The notes under the pieces: generated by a model
Seen by the model: the letters and a program-made list of their open reading frames with translations, nothing else
What the model was told of the DNA's origin: nothing
Databases searched by the model: none
Program-made: the position numbers and the translations under genes
Origin: Pseudomonadota bacterium
GTDB lineage: Bacteria; Myxococcota_A; UBA9160; PR03
Assembly (NCBI GenBank): GCA_003576805.1
Contig: QEVM01000005.1
Span: forward strand, 1 to 59,159
DNA length: 59,159 bases
Reading direction: 5' to 3'
Shown: piece after piece, positions 8,678 through 18,852 of the stretch
Layout: the number at the start of each line of letters is the position of its first letter
Numbering within the stretch: the first letter of the stretch is position 1

Positions 8678-9861
8678 GGCGCGTTCTCCAGCGCGGTGAC
8701 GCCCGGCAGCGCGCGGCCTTCGACGAACTCCAGCGACGCGCCGCCGCCCGTCGAGCAGTGCGTGATGCGGTCGGCGACGCCGACGCGGTTCACCGCGGCG
8801 AGCGAGTCGCCGCCGCCGACGACCGACGCGGCGGGCGAGTCCGCCACGGCGCGCGCCAGCGCTTCGGTGCCCTTCGCGAAGGCCTCGATCTCGAAGACGC
8901 CCATCGGGCCGTTCCAGAAGATCGTCTTGGCGCGGGCCGCGCGCTCCGCGTACAGGCGCGCGGTCTCGGGACCGATGTCGACGCCCATCCAGCCGTCGGG
9001 GATCTCGCGCACCGTGCGGTGCTCGGCGCCCGTCTCGATCTTCTGCGCGACCACGTGGTCGACCGGCAGCAGCAGCGCGTGGCCGGTCTCCTGCGCGACC
9101 GCGAGCACGCGGCGCGCGTCGTCCGCGCGCTCCGCTTCGACGAGCGAGGTGCCGACCGGCTTGCCCTGCGCACGCAGGAAGGTGTAGGCCATCGCGCCGC
9201 CGACGCAGACCGCGTCCGCGCGGCGCACCATCGCCTCGAGCACCGCGAGCTTGTCGGAGACCTTCGCGCCGCCGAGCAGGCACAGGAACGGGCGTTCGGG
9301 CTCGAGCACGCGGCGCAGGTGCTCGAGCTCGGCGCGCAGCAGGTCGCCCGCCGCCGAGCGCCGCACGTGCGCGACGATGCCCGCCGTCGAGGCGTGCGCG
9401 CGGTGCGCCGTCCCGAAGGCGTCGTTCACGTACACGTCGGCGAGCTTCGCGAGCGCGGCCGCGAAGCCGGGCTCGTTCTTCTCCTCCTCCGGATGGAAGC
9501 GGAGGTTCTCGAGCAGCAGGACCTGGCCGTCGCCGAGCTTCGCGGCGGCGGCTTCGGCGTCCGGGCCGATGCAGTCGCTTGCGAACGCGACGGGCGCGCC
9601 GAGCAGCTCGCCGAGCCGCGCCGCGACCGGCGCGAGCGTGTACTTCGAATCGACCTTGCCCTTCGGGCGGCCGAGGTGCGACGCGACCACCACGCGCGCG
9701 CCCGCGCCGACGAGCTTGCGCAGCGTCGGCAGCGTGGCGCGGATGCGCGTGTCGTCGCCGACCTGGCCGTCCTTGGTGGGTACGTTCAGATCGGCGCGCA
9801 CGAACACGCGCTGGCCGGCGACGCCCTGGCGGATCAGCTCGTCGAGCGTGCGCACCGCCAC
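8674..9861 (-). CDS. pgk: Phosphoglycerate kinase
   Basis: RADLNVP, SHLGRP, LLENLRF, DAFGTAHRAHAS, GGAKVSDK, WNGPMGVFE, STGGGASLE. Confidence 0.98.
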   Translation of the reverse strand: MAVRTLDELIRQGVAGQRVFVRADLNVPTKDGQVGDDTRIRATLPTLRKLVGAGARVVVASHLGRPKGKVDSKYTLAPVAARLGELLGAPVAFASDCIGPDAEAAAAKLGDGQVLLLENLRFHPEEEKNEPGFAAALAKLADVYVNDAFGTAHRAHASTAGIVAHVRRSAAGDLLRAELEHLRRVLEPERPFLCLLGGAKVSDKLAVLEAMVRRADAVCVGGAMAYTFLRAQGKPVGTSLVEAERADDARRVLAVAQETGHALLLPVDHVVAQKIETGAEHRTVREIPDGWMGVDIGPETARLYAERAARAKTIFWNGPMGVFEIEAFAKGTEALARAVADSPAASVVGGGDSLAAVNRVGVADRITHCSTGGGASLEFVEGRALPGVTALENAP

Positions 9862-9867
9862 GGCGGA

Positions 9868-10992
<1,125 letters not shown>

Positions 10993-11052
10993 CTACCTTG
11001 CGCGCGCACTGCCGATGGGGAGCAGCGTGTCCGCCGCCGACCGACGCGATCG

Positions 11053-13512
11053 ATGCGCGAGGCCTCGCCGATGACGCCGCCGGGTCCGCCGGGGCCGGCG
11101 CGGCGGCCGTCGTGGCGGGCGATCGCGGCCGTCGCCACGGCGCTCGCGCTCGTCGCGATCGGGCTCGCGCGCGAGGTCGCCGAGCGGCGCGCGCTGCGCC
11201 GCACGCTGCCCGTCGTCGAAGGCGAGCTGCGGGTGGCGGAGCTCGCCAGCCCCGTTCGCATCCTGCGCGACGGGCACGGCGTGCCGCACGTGATCGCGCG
11301 CAGCGAGCGCGACGCGTGGTTCGGGCTCGGCTTCGCGCAGGCGCAGGACCGCCTCGCGCAGCTCACCTACCTCGTGCGCGCCGCGCGCGGCCGCACCGCC
11401 GAGGTGCTCGGCCGCGACGGACTCGAGGTCGATCGTTGGAGCCGCACGCTCGGCTTCGGCCGGCTCGCGGACGCGCAGTGGGAACGCGTCGACCGCGCGA
11501 CGCGCGACGCGCTCGCCGCCTACGCCGCCGGCGTCAACGCGTGGATCGAAGAGGTCCGCAGCGGGCGCGGCGCCCCGCCGCTCGCGCTCGCTCGCGTCGG
11601 CGTCGAGCCCGAGCCGTGGCGGCCCGCCGATTCGCTGGCCGTGGCGAAGCTCGTCGCGTGGGGGCTGGACGGCACGATCGACGCCACGCTGCTGCTCTCC
11701 GACGGCATCGAGCGGCTGGGCGGGTTCGGCGCGCGCCCGCTGTTCCCGCCGGACGCGGCGCCCGGGCTCGACGCAGTGCCCGGCAACTTCGAGGCGCGCG
11801 CGCCGGCGCCGGCCGACCCGCTGCGGCGCGCGCTCGGGCTCGCGGGCCGCAGCGTCGGCAGCAGCGCGTGGGTGATCGCCGCGGGCGACACCGAGAGCGG
11901 AGCGCCGCTCGTGGCCGGCGACCTCCACCTGGCGCCGACCGCACCGTCCCTGCTCTACGAAGCGCACCTCGCGGCGCCCGGCCTCGAAGCGGCGGGCGCC
12001 GGCGTCGTCGGCGTCCCCGGCTTCTGGAGCGGGCACAACGAGCACGTCGCATGGGCCGCGACGAACGCGCGCGCGGTCGCGGTGGATCTCTACGTCGAGA
12101 CGCTCGATCCGAAGCGCCCCGACCGCTACGCCGCGGGCAACGGCATGCAGGCGCTGTCGGTGCGCGAGGAGCGCATCGCGGTCCGCGGCGCGCCCGACGT
12201 CGTGCTCGAAGTGCGCGCGACGCACCACGGACCGCTGCTCGACGGCCTGCTCACCGGTGCGCGCCCGTCGCTGGCGGTGGCGTGGGGCGGCCTGCAGCCC
12301 GGCGACGGTGTGGCGTCGCAGCTGCGGATGCTGCGCGCGCGCGACGCCGACGAGCTGCGCAACGCGCTGGCCTCGCATCACGAGCCGGTGCTCGCCGTCG
12401 CGTACGCCGATGCCCGCGGCCGCGGCGGGCGGCAGGTGGCCGGCTGGCTGCCCGCGCGCAACATGCCGACGGGGCTGGTGCCCGTGCCCGGCCGCTCGCC
12501 CTGGTACGACTGGCGCGGCCGCGTCGCGTTCGACGCGCTGCCGCACGCACCGCTCGGCGGCGACGGCTTCCTGGTCGCGGCCGACGGCCCGCTCGGGGGC
12601 GGGACGTCGATCGAGTGGTGGTGGCGGTCGGGCGAGCGCGGCGCGCGCATCGAGTCGCTGCTGCGCGCCGCGCGCGGGCGCGGGCCGATCGGCGCGGGCG
12701 CGCTCGCCGCGCTGCTGGCGGATCAGCGGAGCCCGCGCGCGCCGGCGCGGGCGCGCGCGCTCCTCGAGCTCGCCGCTCCGCTCGAGTCGCTGGCGCCCGA
12801 GGCGCGCTCCGTCGCGCGGCTGCTCGCGGACTGGGACGGCTCGGCGGACGAGGACAGCGTCGGCGCAGCCGCCTGGCACGTCCTGCTCGGCGCCGTCCTC
12901 GAGTCGTGCCTCGCCGAGCCGCTCGGGCCCGAGTTCGTCGAGCGCCTGCTCTCGTTGCGCGGGGTGAGTCCCGAGGCGCTCCTCGACGCACTGCTCGACG
13001 CGGCGCGCGTGCCCGAGCCGACCGCGGAGCCGCTCGTGTCGCTCGACCGGCTCGCCCAGGCGGTGCGCGACGGACTGCGGCGGACGGGTCTCACGCTGCG
13101 CGTGCGGCTCGGTTCGCGCACCGAGCAGTGGCAGTGGGGGCGCCTGCATCCGCTGCGCTTCACGGCGTTCGGATGGCCGGAGTCCGCCTGGGACGGTCCC
13201 GGCAGCGGCGCGAGCTGGCCCTACGGCGGCGACGGCGTGACGATCGCCGTCGGCGAGTACGATCCGACGGAGCCCTACGCCGTGCGCGTCGCGTCGGTGT
13301 ATCGATGGATCGTGGACCTCGCGACGCCGGAGATCGCGCTGTCGGCGCTCGTACCGGGCGCGCCGGAGCATCCCGCCGACCCGCTGCGCGACGAGGGCAT
13401 CGCGCGCTGGCTGGCGGGACGGCCCGGCGTGCTCGCGACGCACCGCTTCCTGGTGGAGGACGGCGCGCACTCGCAGCTGCGGCTCGTGCCCGTCGAAGCG
13501 GCCGCGCCGTGA
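11053..13512 (+). CDS. Penicillin acylase (Ntn-hydrolase, peptidase S45) family protein with degenerate motifs; N-terminal TM anchor; start uncertain (11053 or 11071)
   Basis: RDGHGVPHV, GLGFAQAQDRL, AYAAGVNA, GSSAW, RATHHGP, WQWGRLH. Confidence 0.85.
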   Translation: MREASPMTPPGPPGPARRPSWRAIAAVATALALVAIGLAREVAERRALRRTLPVVEGELRVAELASPVRILRDGHGVPHVIARSERDAWFGLGFAQAQDRLAQLTYLVRAARGRTAEVLGRDGLEVDRWSRTLGFGRLADAQWERVDRATRDALAAYAAGVNAWIEEVRSGRGAPPLALARVGVEPEPWRPADSLAVAKLVAWGLDGTIDATLLLSDGIERLGGFGARPLFPPDAAPGLDAVPGNFEARAPAPADPLRRALGLAGRSVGSSAWVIAAGDTESGAPLVAGDLHLAPTAPSLLYEAHLAAPGLEAAGAGVVGVPGFWSGHNEHVAWAATNARAVAVDLYVETLDPKRPDRYAAGNGMQALSVREERIAVRGAPDVVLEVRATHHGPLLDGLLTGARPSLAVAWGGLQPGDGVASQLRMLRARDADELRNALASHHEPVLAVAYADARGRGGRQVAGWLPARNMPTGLVPVPGRSPWYDWRGRVAFDALPHAPLGGDGFLVAADGPLGGGTSIEWWWRSGERGARIESLLRAARGRGPIGAGALAALLADQRSPRAPARARALLELAAPLESLAPEARSVARLLADWDGSADEDSVGAAAWHVLLGAVLESCLAEPLGPEFVERLLSLRGVSPEALLDALLDAARVPEPTAEPLVSLDRLAQAVRDGLRRTGLTLRVRLGSRTEQWQWGRLHPLRFTAFGWPESAWDGPGSGASWPYGGDGVTIAVGEYDPTEPYAVRVASVYRWIVDLATPEIALSALVPGAPEHPADPLRDEGIARWLAGRPGVLATHRFLVEDGAHSQLRLVPVEAAAP

Positions 13513-13531
13513 CGGGGGCGCCGGAGCGCCG

Positions 13532-14593
13532 ATGAGCCCGCGCATCTTCTACGCCGACGTCCCCGGCTTCTACGCGGAGGTCGAGCGCGTGAGCCGGCCC
13601 GAGCTGGCCGACCGGCCCGTGATCGTCGGCGGCGATCCGCGCAAGAAGGGAGTCGTGCAGGCCGCGACGCTCGACGCGCTCGCGGCGGGCGTGGCGCTCG
13701 AGATGCCGGTGGAGCTGGCGTTGACGCGCTGTCCCCGCGCGCGGGCGCTCCGCACCGACATGCCGCGCTATCGCGAGATGGACAAGCGCCTGCGCGCCTG
13801 TGTCCGGCGCGTCTGCGACCAGCTCGAGACCGTCGCGCTCGGCGCCTTCTTCCTCGACGCGCGCGCGCTGCGCCAATCCGACGCGGAGATCGCGGAGTCC
13901 CTGCGCGAGGCGGCCCTGCGCGAGCTCCGGCTGCCGCTGCGGATCGGCGCGGGAGCCGCGAAGTTCGTCGCGCGGCTGGCCGCGGAGGAGGCGGGGCCGG
14001 GCGGCTTCCTCGCCGTGTCCGCGAGCGACTCGCAGCGCTTCCTCGCCCCGCTTCCCGTGACGCGCCTGCCCGGCGTCGGCCCCAACACCGAGGCGCGACT
14101 CCTCGAGATGGGCGCCCGCACCGCGGGCGACGTCGCAGCGCTCGGCCGCGCCGCGCTGGAGTCGGCGCTCGGCAACCGCGGTCTCGAGCTGCTCGGCGCC
14201 GCGCTCGGCCGCGGCGACGATCGGGTGCGCGTGTCGCGCCATCCCCAGACGCTCTCGCAGGAGGCGACGCTGGCGCACGGCGAGATCGACCGCGCCGCGC
14301 TCGGCGAGCATCTGCGGGGGCTCGTCGAGCGGCTCGAGCGGGCGCTCGCGCTGGAGGGTCTCGCGGCGCGCCGGCTCGTGCTGAAGGTCCGCTACGCGGA
14401 CGGGCAGGGCGCGACGCGCAGCCATTCCTATGAATCGGGCGTCGCGAGCGTGGCCGCGCTGCTCGGCGGCGCGCAGGACCTCCTCATGCGGACCGATGCC
14501 GGCACGCGTCCGATCCGGCTGCTCGGGCTCGCCGCCACGCGCCTCGAGACGCCGCGCCGCGACGACCGCCAGCTCCCGCTCTTCGACGTGTAG
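13532..14593 (+). CDS. DinB/Pol IV-like Y-family polymerase homolog, predicted catalytically inactive
   Basis: Full DinB layout (FYAEVE, PVIVGG, GVV, MP...A...CP, LPGVGP, LKVRY, IRLLG, C-terminal QLPLF), but SIDE is replaced by ALGA and YxAR by LDAL. Confidence 0.85.
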   Translation: MSPRIFYADVPGFYAEVERVSRPELADRPVIVGGDPRKKGVVQAATLDALAAGVALEMPVELALTRCPRARALRTDMPRYREMDKRLRACVRRVCDQLETVALGAFFLDARALRQSDAEIAESLREAALRELRLPLRIGAGAAKFVARLAAEEAGPGGFLAVSASDSQRFLAPLPVTRLPGVGPNTEARLLEMGARTAGDVAALGRAALESALGNRGLELLGAALGRGDDRVRVSRHPQTLSQEATLAHGEIDRAALGEHLRGLVERLERALALEGLAARRLVLKVRYADGQGATRSHSYESGVASVAALLGGAQDLLMRTDAGTRPIRLLGLAATRLETPRRDDRQLPLFDV

Positions 14594-14699
14594 GCCCGGC
14601 TCGCGGCACGTCTCAAGACACCCTCGTCGCCGGCCGAACAGGCAGGACACCGGCAACTGACCGCCGGACAGTCGCCGCCATCGGCCGCACGGGGGAGTC

Positions 14700-15029
14700 A
14701 TGGAGAGCCAGGACGCGCGCGACCGCCGCAAGTACCAGCGGCTCGACAACGAGCAGCTGATCTCGTTCGCGCCGATCCAGTCGAACGACCGGCTCGCGGT
14801 CAGCAAGAACATCTCGGCCGGCGGGATCTGCTTCGAGGTCGTCGGCTGCGAGATCGACCTCGGCGAGGTGCTGCGCGTCACCTTCAACGTGCAGGACGAG
14901 ACGATCGAGGCAGTCGGCCGGGTCGCCTGGTGCACCGATCTCGACGCCTTCACGCAGGAGGTCGGGCTCGAGTTCCTGGAGATCGACCCCTTCGCGCTCG
15001 AAGCGATCGAACGGGACGGGCGCGAATAG
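14700..15029 (+). CDS. Stand-alone PilZ domain protein (c-di-GMP receptor)
   Basis: RRKYQR (RxxxR) and NISAGG (D/NxSxxG); GRVAW, VGLEF; GGGGAG RBS. Confidence 0.85.
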   Translation: MESQDARDRRKYQRLDNEQLISFAPIQSNDRLAVSKNISAGGICFEVVGCEIDLGEVLRVTFNVQDETIEAVGRVAWCTDLDAFTQEVGLEFLEIDPFALEAIERDGRE

Positions 15030-15102
15030 CGCCCCCCCCGGTGCGCCTCCCCGTGGGGTCCACGCGGTTGACACTGGCCCCGCCACAATCCAGCCTCCCC
15101 GC

Positions 15103-16362
15103 GTGGCCGACTTCCACCAGACCGGCGCCATCACGACCCTGCACCGGCTCGGCAGCACCGACTTGGAGCGCCTCGAGGCGGAGATCCGCGTGCACGCCAA
15201 CGCCCGGCCGGTCGCGCTGGTGTTGCCCTGCCTGTTCGACGAGCTCCGCGACACCGCGCTGAAAGGCATCATCGAGACGCTGCGAAGTGTGCCCTACCTG
15301 CACCAGATCGTGGTCTGCGTGGACGGGGCCGAGCGGCGCGAGGACTTCGACGAGATGCGCGCCGCTTTCGAAGGCGTGCGCACCCTGGACGGGCGCGGGG
15401 CGACGCTGATCTGGAGCGACGGGCCGCGCCTGCGCGGCATCCGCGACCGCCTGCGCGCGGAGGGGCTCGATCCGGGCGAGCGAGGCAAGGGCCGCGCGAC
15501 CTGGCTGGCCTACGGGTACGTCCTCGCGACCGAGGAAGCGCACGTCGTCGCGGTGCACGACTGCGACATCCGCGACTACCCGCGCGAGCTGTTGGCCCGG
15601 CTCTGCTTCCCAACGGTCCACCCGAACCTGAACTACGAGTTCGCCAAGGGGTACTACGGTCGCGTGACCGACCGCCTCTACGGCCGGGTCACGCGCCTCT
15701 TCATGACCCCGCTCCTGCGCGCCATGAAGTCGGTGCTGGGGTCGCTTCCGCTGCTCGAGTACCTCGACTCGTTCCGCTATCCGCTGGCGGGCGAGTGCTC
15801 GATGACCACCGACCTGGTGCGGATCAACCGGATCCCGAGCGACTGGGGGCTCGAGGTCGGCGTCCTGGCCGAGGTGTTCCGCAACTGCTCCGCCAAGCGG
15901 ATCTGCCAGGTCGAACTGGTCGAGAACTACGAGCACAAGCACCGGCAGCTCTCCGAGAGCGATCCGACCACTGGGTTGCACCGCATGGTCGTGGACATCG
16001 CGGCCTCGTTGATCCGCAACTTGGCGAGCTATGGCGTCCAGTTCGATGCCGGATTCCTGAATACCCTGATCATCGCGTACGTCCGGACGGCCCAGGACGC
16101 GATCGCGCGCTACAGTGACGACGCTGCGCTGAACGGTCTCGTCTTCGACCGACATGAAGAAGAGGTTGCGGTCGAGACCTTCTCCCGTGCTCTGCGAACC
16201 GCCGGGCTCTCGTTCGTTCGAGACCCGATGGGCACCCCCCAGATCCCCAACTGGAGCCGCGTTACCTCTGCGCTGCCCGACCTGCTGGACGAGCTGCGCG
16301 CGGCAATCGAGGCGGATCGACGTGGGCGTACGCTCGCCGTCGTCGCCGGAGGTGCTTCTTGA
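15103..16362 (+). CDS. gpgS: Glucosyl-3-phosphoglycerate synthase-like glycosyltransferase
   Basis: MADFHQTGAITTLH N-terminus, GKGRATW, HDCDI, FAKGYY, GRVTRL, RYPLAGE, DWGLEVG, YEHKH. Confidence 0.8.
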   Translation: MADFHQTGAITTLHRLGSTDLERLEAEIRVHANARPVALVLPCLFDELRDTALKGIIETLRSVPYLHQIVVCVDGAERREDFDEMRAAFEGVRTLDGRGATLIWSDGPRLRGIRDRLRAEGLDPGERGKGRATWLAYGYVLATEEAHVVAVHDCDIRDYPRELLARLCFPTVHPNLNYEFAKGYYGRVTDRLYGRVTRLFMTPLLRAMKSVLGSLPLLEYLDSFRYPLAGECSMTTDLVRINRIPSDWGLEVGVLAEVFRNCSAKRICQVELVENYEHKHRQLSESDPTTGLHRMVVDIAASLIRNLASYGVQFDAGFLNTLIIAYVRTAQDAIARYSDDAALNGLVFDRHEEEVAVETFSRALRTAGLSFVRDPMGTPQIPNWSRVTSALPDLLDELRAAIEADRRGRTLAVVAGGAS

Positions 16363-17168
16363 AGATCCAACGCATCCCGCTGGGGGACGGCGCTCCGCTC
16401 GTGCTGATCGCCGGCTTGAACGTCATCGAGACGGAGAAGGACACGCTCGCCGTCGCGCGCCTCGTGCGCGAGATCGCCGAGCGCTACGAGCTCCCGCTCG
16501 TGTTCAAGGCCAGCTTCGACAAGGCGAATCGCTCGAGCTTTCGCTCGTACCGCGGGCCCGGTCTCGACGAGGGGCTGCGGATCCTGGCGCGCGTGAAGGA
16601 GGAGACGGGTCTCCCGCTCACCACAGACGTGCACGAGCCGGGACAGGCCAAGCCGGTGGCGGAGGTCGTGGACTGCCTGCAGATCCCGGCGTTCCTCTGC
16701 CGCCAGACGGACCTGGTCGCGGCCTGCGCCGCGACGGGCAAGCCGCTCAACTTCAAGAAGGGCCAGTTCATGGCCCCGATGGACATGCGCCACGCGGTCG
16801 AGAAGGCGCTGCACTTCGGGGCGCCGGGCGTGTTCGTCACCGAGCGCGGCTTCGCGTTCGGCTACAACGACCTCGTCGTCGATTTCCGTGGCATCCTGCA
16901 GATGCGCAGCTTCGTGCCGGTCTGCTTCGACGCGACGCACGCGGCGCAGCACCCGGGCGCCGGCAACGGCGCGTCGGACGGCGATCGCCGCAACGTGGCG
17001 CCGCTCGCGCGCGCCGCGGTCGCGGCCGGCATCGACTCGATCTTCGTCGAGGTCCACCCGGACCCGAGCAACGCGCCGTGCGACGGCGCCGCGCAGATCG
17101 ACTTCGCCGGGCTCGATCGGCTCCTCGCGGAGATCGTGACGGTCGAGCGGGCGCTCGGCCGGCGCTAG
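16359..17168 (+). CDS. kdsA: 3-deoxy-8-phosphooctulonate (KDO8P) synthase
   Basis: FKASFDKANRSS, TTDVHE, QIPAFLCRQTDL, KKGQF, TERG, FDATH, FVEVHPDP...CDG; TTG start with GGAGGT RBS overlapping the gpgS stop. Confidence 0.96.
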   Translation: MKIQRIPLGDGAPLVLIAGLNVIETEKDTLAVARLVREIAERYELPLVFKASFDKANRSSFRSYRGPGLDEGLRILARVKEETGLPLTTDVHEPGQAKPVAEVVDCLQIPAFLCRQTDLVAACAATGKPLNFKKGQFMAPMDMRHAVEKALHFGAPGVFVTERGFAFGYNDLVVDFRGILQMRSFVPVCFDATHAAQHPGAGNGASDGDRRNVAPLARAAVAAGIDSIFVEVHPDPSNAPCDGAAQIDFAGLDRLLAEIVTVERALGRR

Positions 17169-17198
17169 CTCCCGGCACGCGCCCGAGGCGCGGTCGCC

Positions 17199-18806
17199 AT
17201 GGATCGAAGCTTCGCGCGCGCGGACCGCAGCGCAGTGCGGCGCGCTGCGCCGCTCGCGCTGCTGCTCGCCGTCGCCGCGGCGTGGCGGGCGTTCCAGTGG
17301 TCGCGGACCGTCTCGATGTTCAACGACGGCCCGCTCTTTCTCGACATCGCACGGGCGATCGCAGCCGGCGACGGCGACGCCGTGCTGGGTCAGCCCCACC
17401 ACCCGCTCTACTCGCTTCTCGTGGCCGCCGTGCACGGGCTCGGCGTCGACTGGGAGACGGCGGGCGCGGCCGTCTCGATCGCGGGCGGGACGGCGGCCGT
17501 CGGGCTCGCGTTCTGGCTCCTGCGGGACCTGTTCGGGGAAGCGCCGGCCTGGCTCGGCGCATCGCTCCTCGCGGTCCACGCACGCGCCGTCGAGTACAGC
17601 TCCGACGTCCAGACCGACGGCATCTACCTGGCTTGCTTCCTGGCCGCCGCCTGGTGGCTCTGGCGAGCCTGGTCGCGGCGCTCGCTCGGCTTCGCGGCGG
17701 CTGCCGGCCTCGCGAGCGGGCTCGCCTACCTCGCCCGGCCGGAAGGCGTCGCCTTGGTTGGCGTCGCGGGCCTGCTCGCGTCGGCGAGCTGGCTGCGCGA
17801 TCGCTGGCCGGCGGGGTTCGCGCTGCGCTGGCTCGGGACGTTCGCGATCGCCGCTGCGCTGTGCGCAGCGCCCTACGTGATCGCCCTGCAGCATCACGCC
17901 GGATCCTGGTCGCTGACGCACAAGAAGTCGGTCGCGGCGCTGCTCGGAGCCGCGTCCGCGATCCCCGCGCAACGCCCTGCTGCGTCTCCCGCACCCGCTG
18001 CGCCCGCTCCCGCCCGGGCGCCGGCGCTCGCTGCACCGCCCGCTGCACAGCCGGGCGGGCGACTCGACCGCGGCGAGGACGGGCTCGCCGTGGTGCGCGC
18101 CGACTCCGGCGCAGCGCGGAGCGCCGCTTCCGCCAAGATGCTGGCCCGCACGGCGAAGTCCGCGTTCCGCTACGGGCCCCTGGCGCTGCTCGCGATGGGT
18201 CTCGTCGCCGCGCGCGGGCGGCCGACGCGACGCGCCTGGTGGATCGCCTCGCTGCTCGCGGTGTATGGGGCCCTCCTCTACGCGCTGACGTTCCAGATGG
18301 GATACGTCAGTCGGCGTCACGCGCTCCCCCCGCTGGTTCCGCTGTTCGGATACGTGGGGCTCGGAGCGATCGCGATGGGCGCCGCGATCGCGCGCGTCGC
18401 GCGGCGCGGCCCGGCGCTCGCGTCCGCGCTGGCGATCGCGCTCGTCGCGCTCGTGGCAGCCGGCGAGATCGCGACGCAGCGCGAGCCGCGTCGCGCCGAG
18501 GAGCGCGCCGCCCGCGCAGCCGCCGAGTGGCTGCGCGAACACGCCGAGCCCGCACCGCTCGCCGTCTCGCGTCTTCGCCTCGGCTACTACGCCGGGATGC
18601 CCTACATTCGCTTGACGCGGGTCGACGACGCGTCGTTCCAGTCCTTCCTCGAACAGAGCGGCGCGCGCTACCTGCTCCTGGACGATCCGGCCGACGTCGA
18701 GGCGGCTCGGCGCGTCGCCGGCGATCAGCTCCGACCGTTGCACCGAGCCCACGAGGGGGGGCGGGACGCATGGGTGTTCGAGCGAGTGGGATGGGCCGCG
18801 CCCTGA
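17199..18806 (+). CDS. GT39/ArnT-PMT-like polytopic membrane glycosyltransferase
   Basis: NDGPLF loop, HPLYSLL, QTDG, LAYLARPEG; many TM helices. Confidence 0.75.
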   Translation: MDRSFARADRSAVRRAAPLALLLAVAAAWRAFQWSRTVSMFNDGPLFLDIARAIAAGDGDAVLGQPHHPLYSLLVAAVHGLGVDWETAGAAVSIAGGTAAVGLAFWLLRDLFGEAPAWLGASLLAVHARAVEYSSDVQTDGIYLACFLAAAWWLWRAWSRRSLGFAAAAGLASGLAYLARPEGVALVGVAGLLASASWLRDRWPAGFALRWLGTFAIAAALCAAPYVIALQHHAGSWSLTHKKSVAALLGAASAIPAQRPAASPAPAAPAPARAPALAAPPAAQPGGRLDRGEDGLAVVRADSGAARSAASAKMLARTAKSAFRYGPLALLAMGLVAARGRPTRRAWWIASLLAVYGALLYALTFQMGYVSRRHALPPLVPLFGYVGLGAIAMGAAIARVARRGPALASALAIALVALVAAGEIATQREPRRAEERAARAAAEWLREHAEPAPLAVSRLRLGYYAGMPYIRLTRVDDASFQSFLEQSGARYLLLDDPADVEAARRVAGDQLRPLHRAHEGGRDAWVFERVGWAAP

Positions 18807-18852
18807 CTGGGTCGGGTCGCGCCCTGACCAGACCGCATCCCTAGGACCCGCG

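Noticed and set aside
15068-15089. TTGACA...CACAAT upstream of gpgS as a sigma-70 promoter
   Set aside because: Spacer is only 10 bp, incompatible with -35/-10 geometry
17960-18060. Ala/Pro-rich stretch in GT39 (similar ones in SecG tail and helicase linker)
   Set aside because: Ordinary low-complexity linkers
18797-18828. 11-bp direct repeat CGCGCCCTGAC around the GT39 stop codon
   Set aside because: Only two copies 21 bp apart in GC-rich DNA with no element between; too weak to call a target-site duplication or operator
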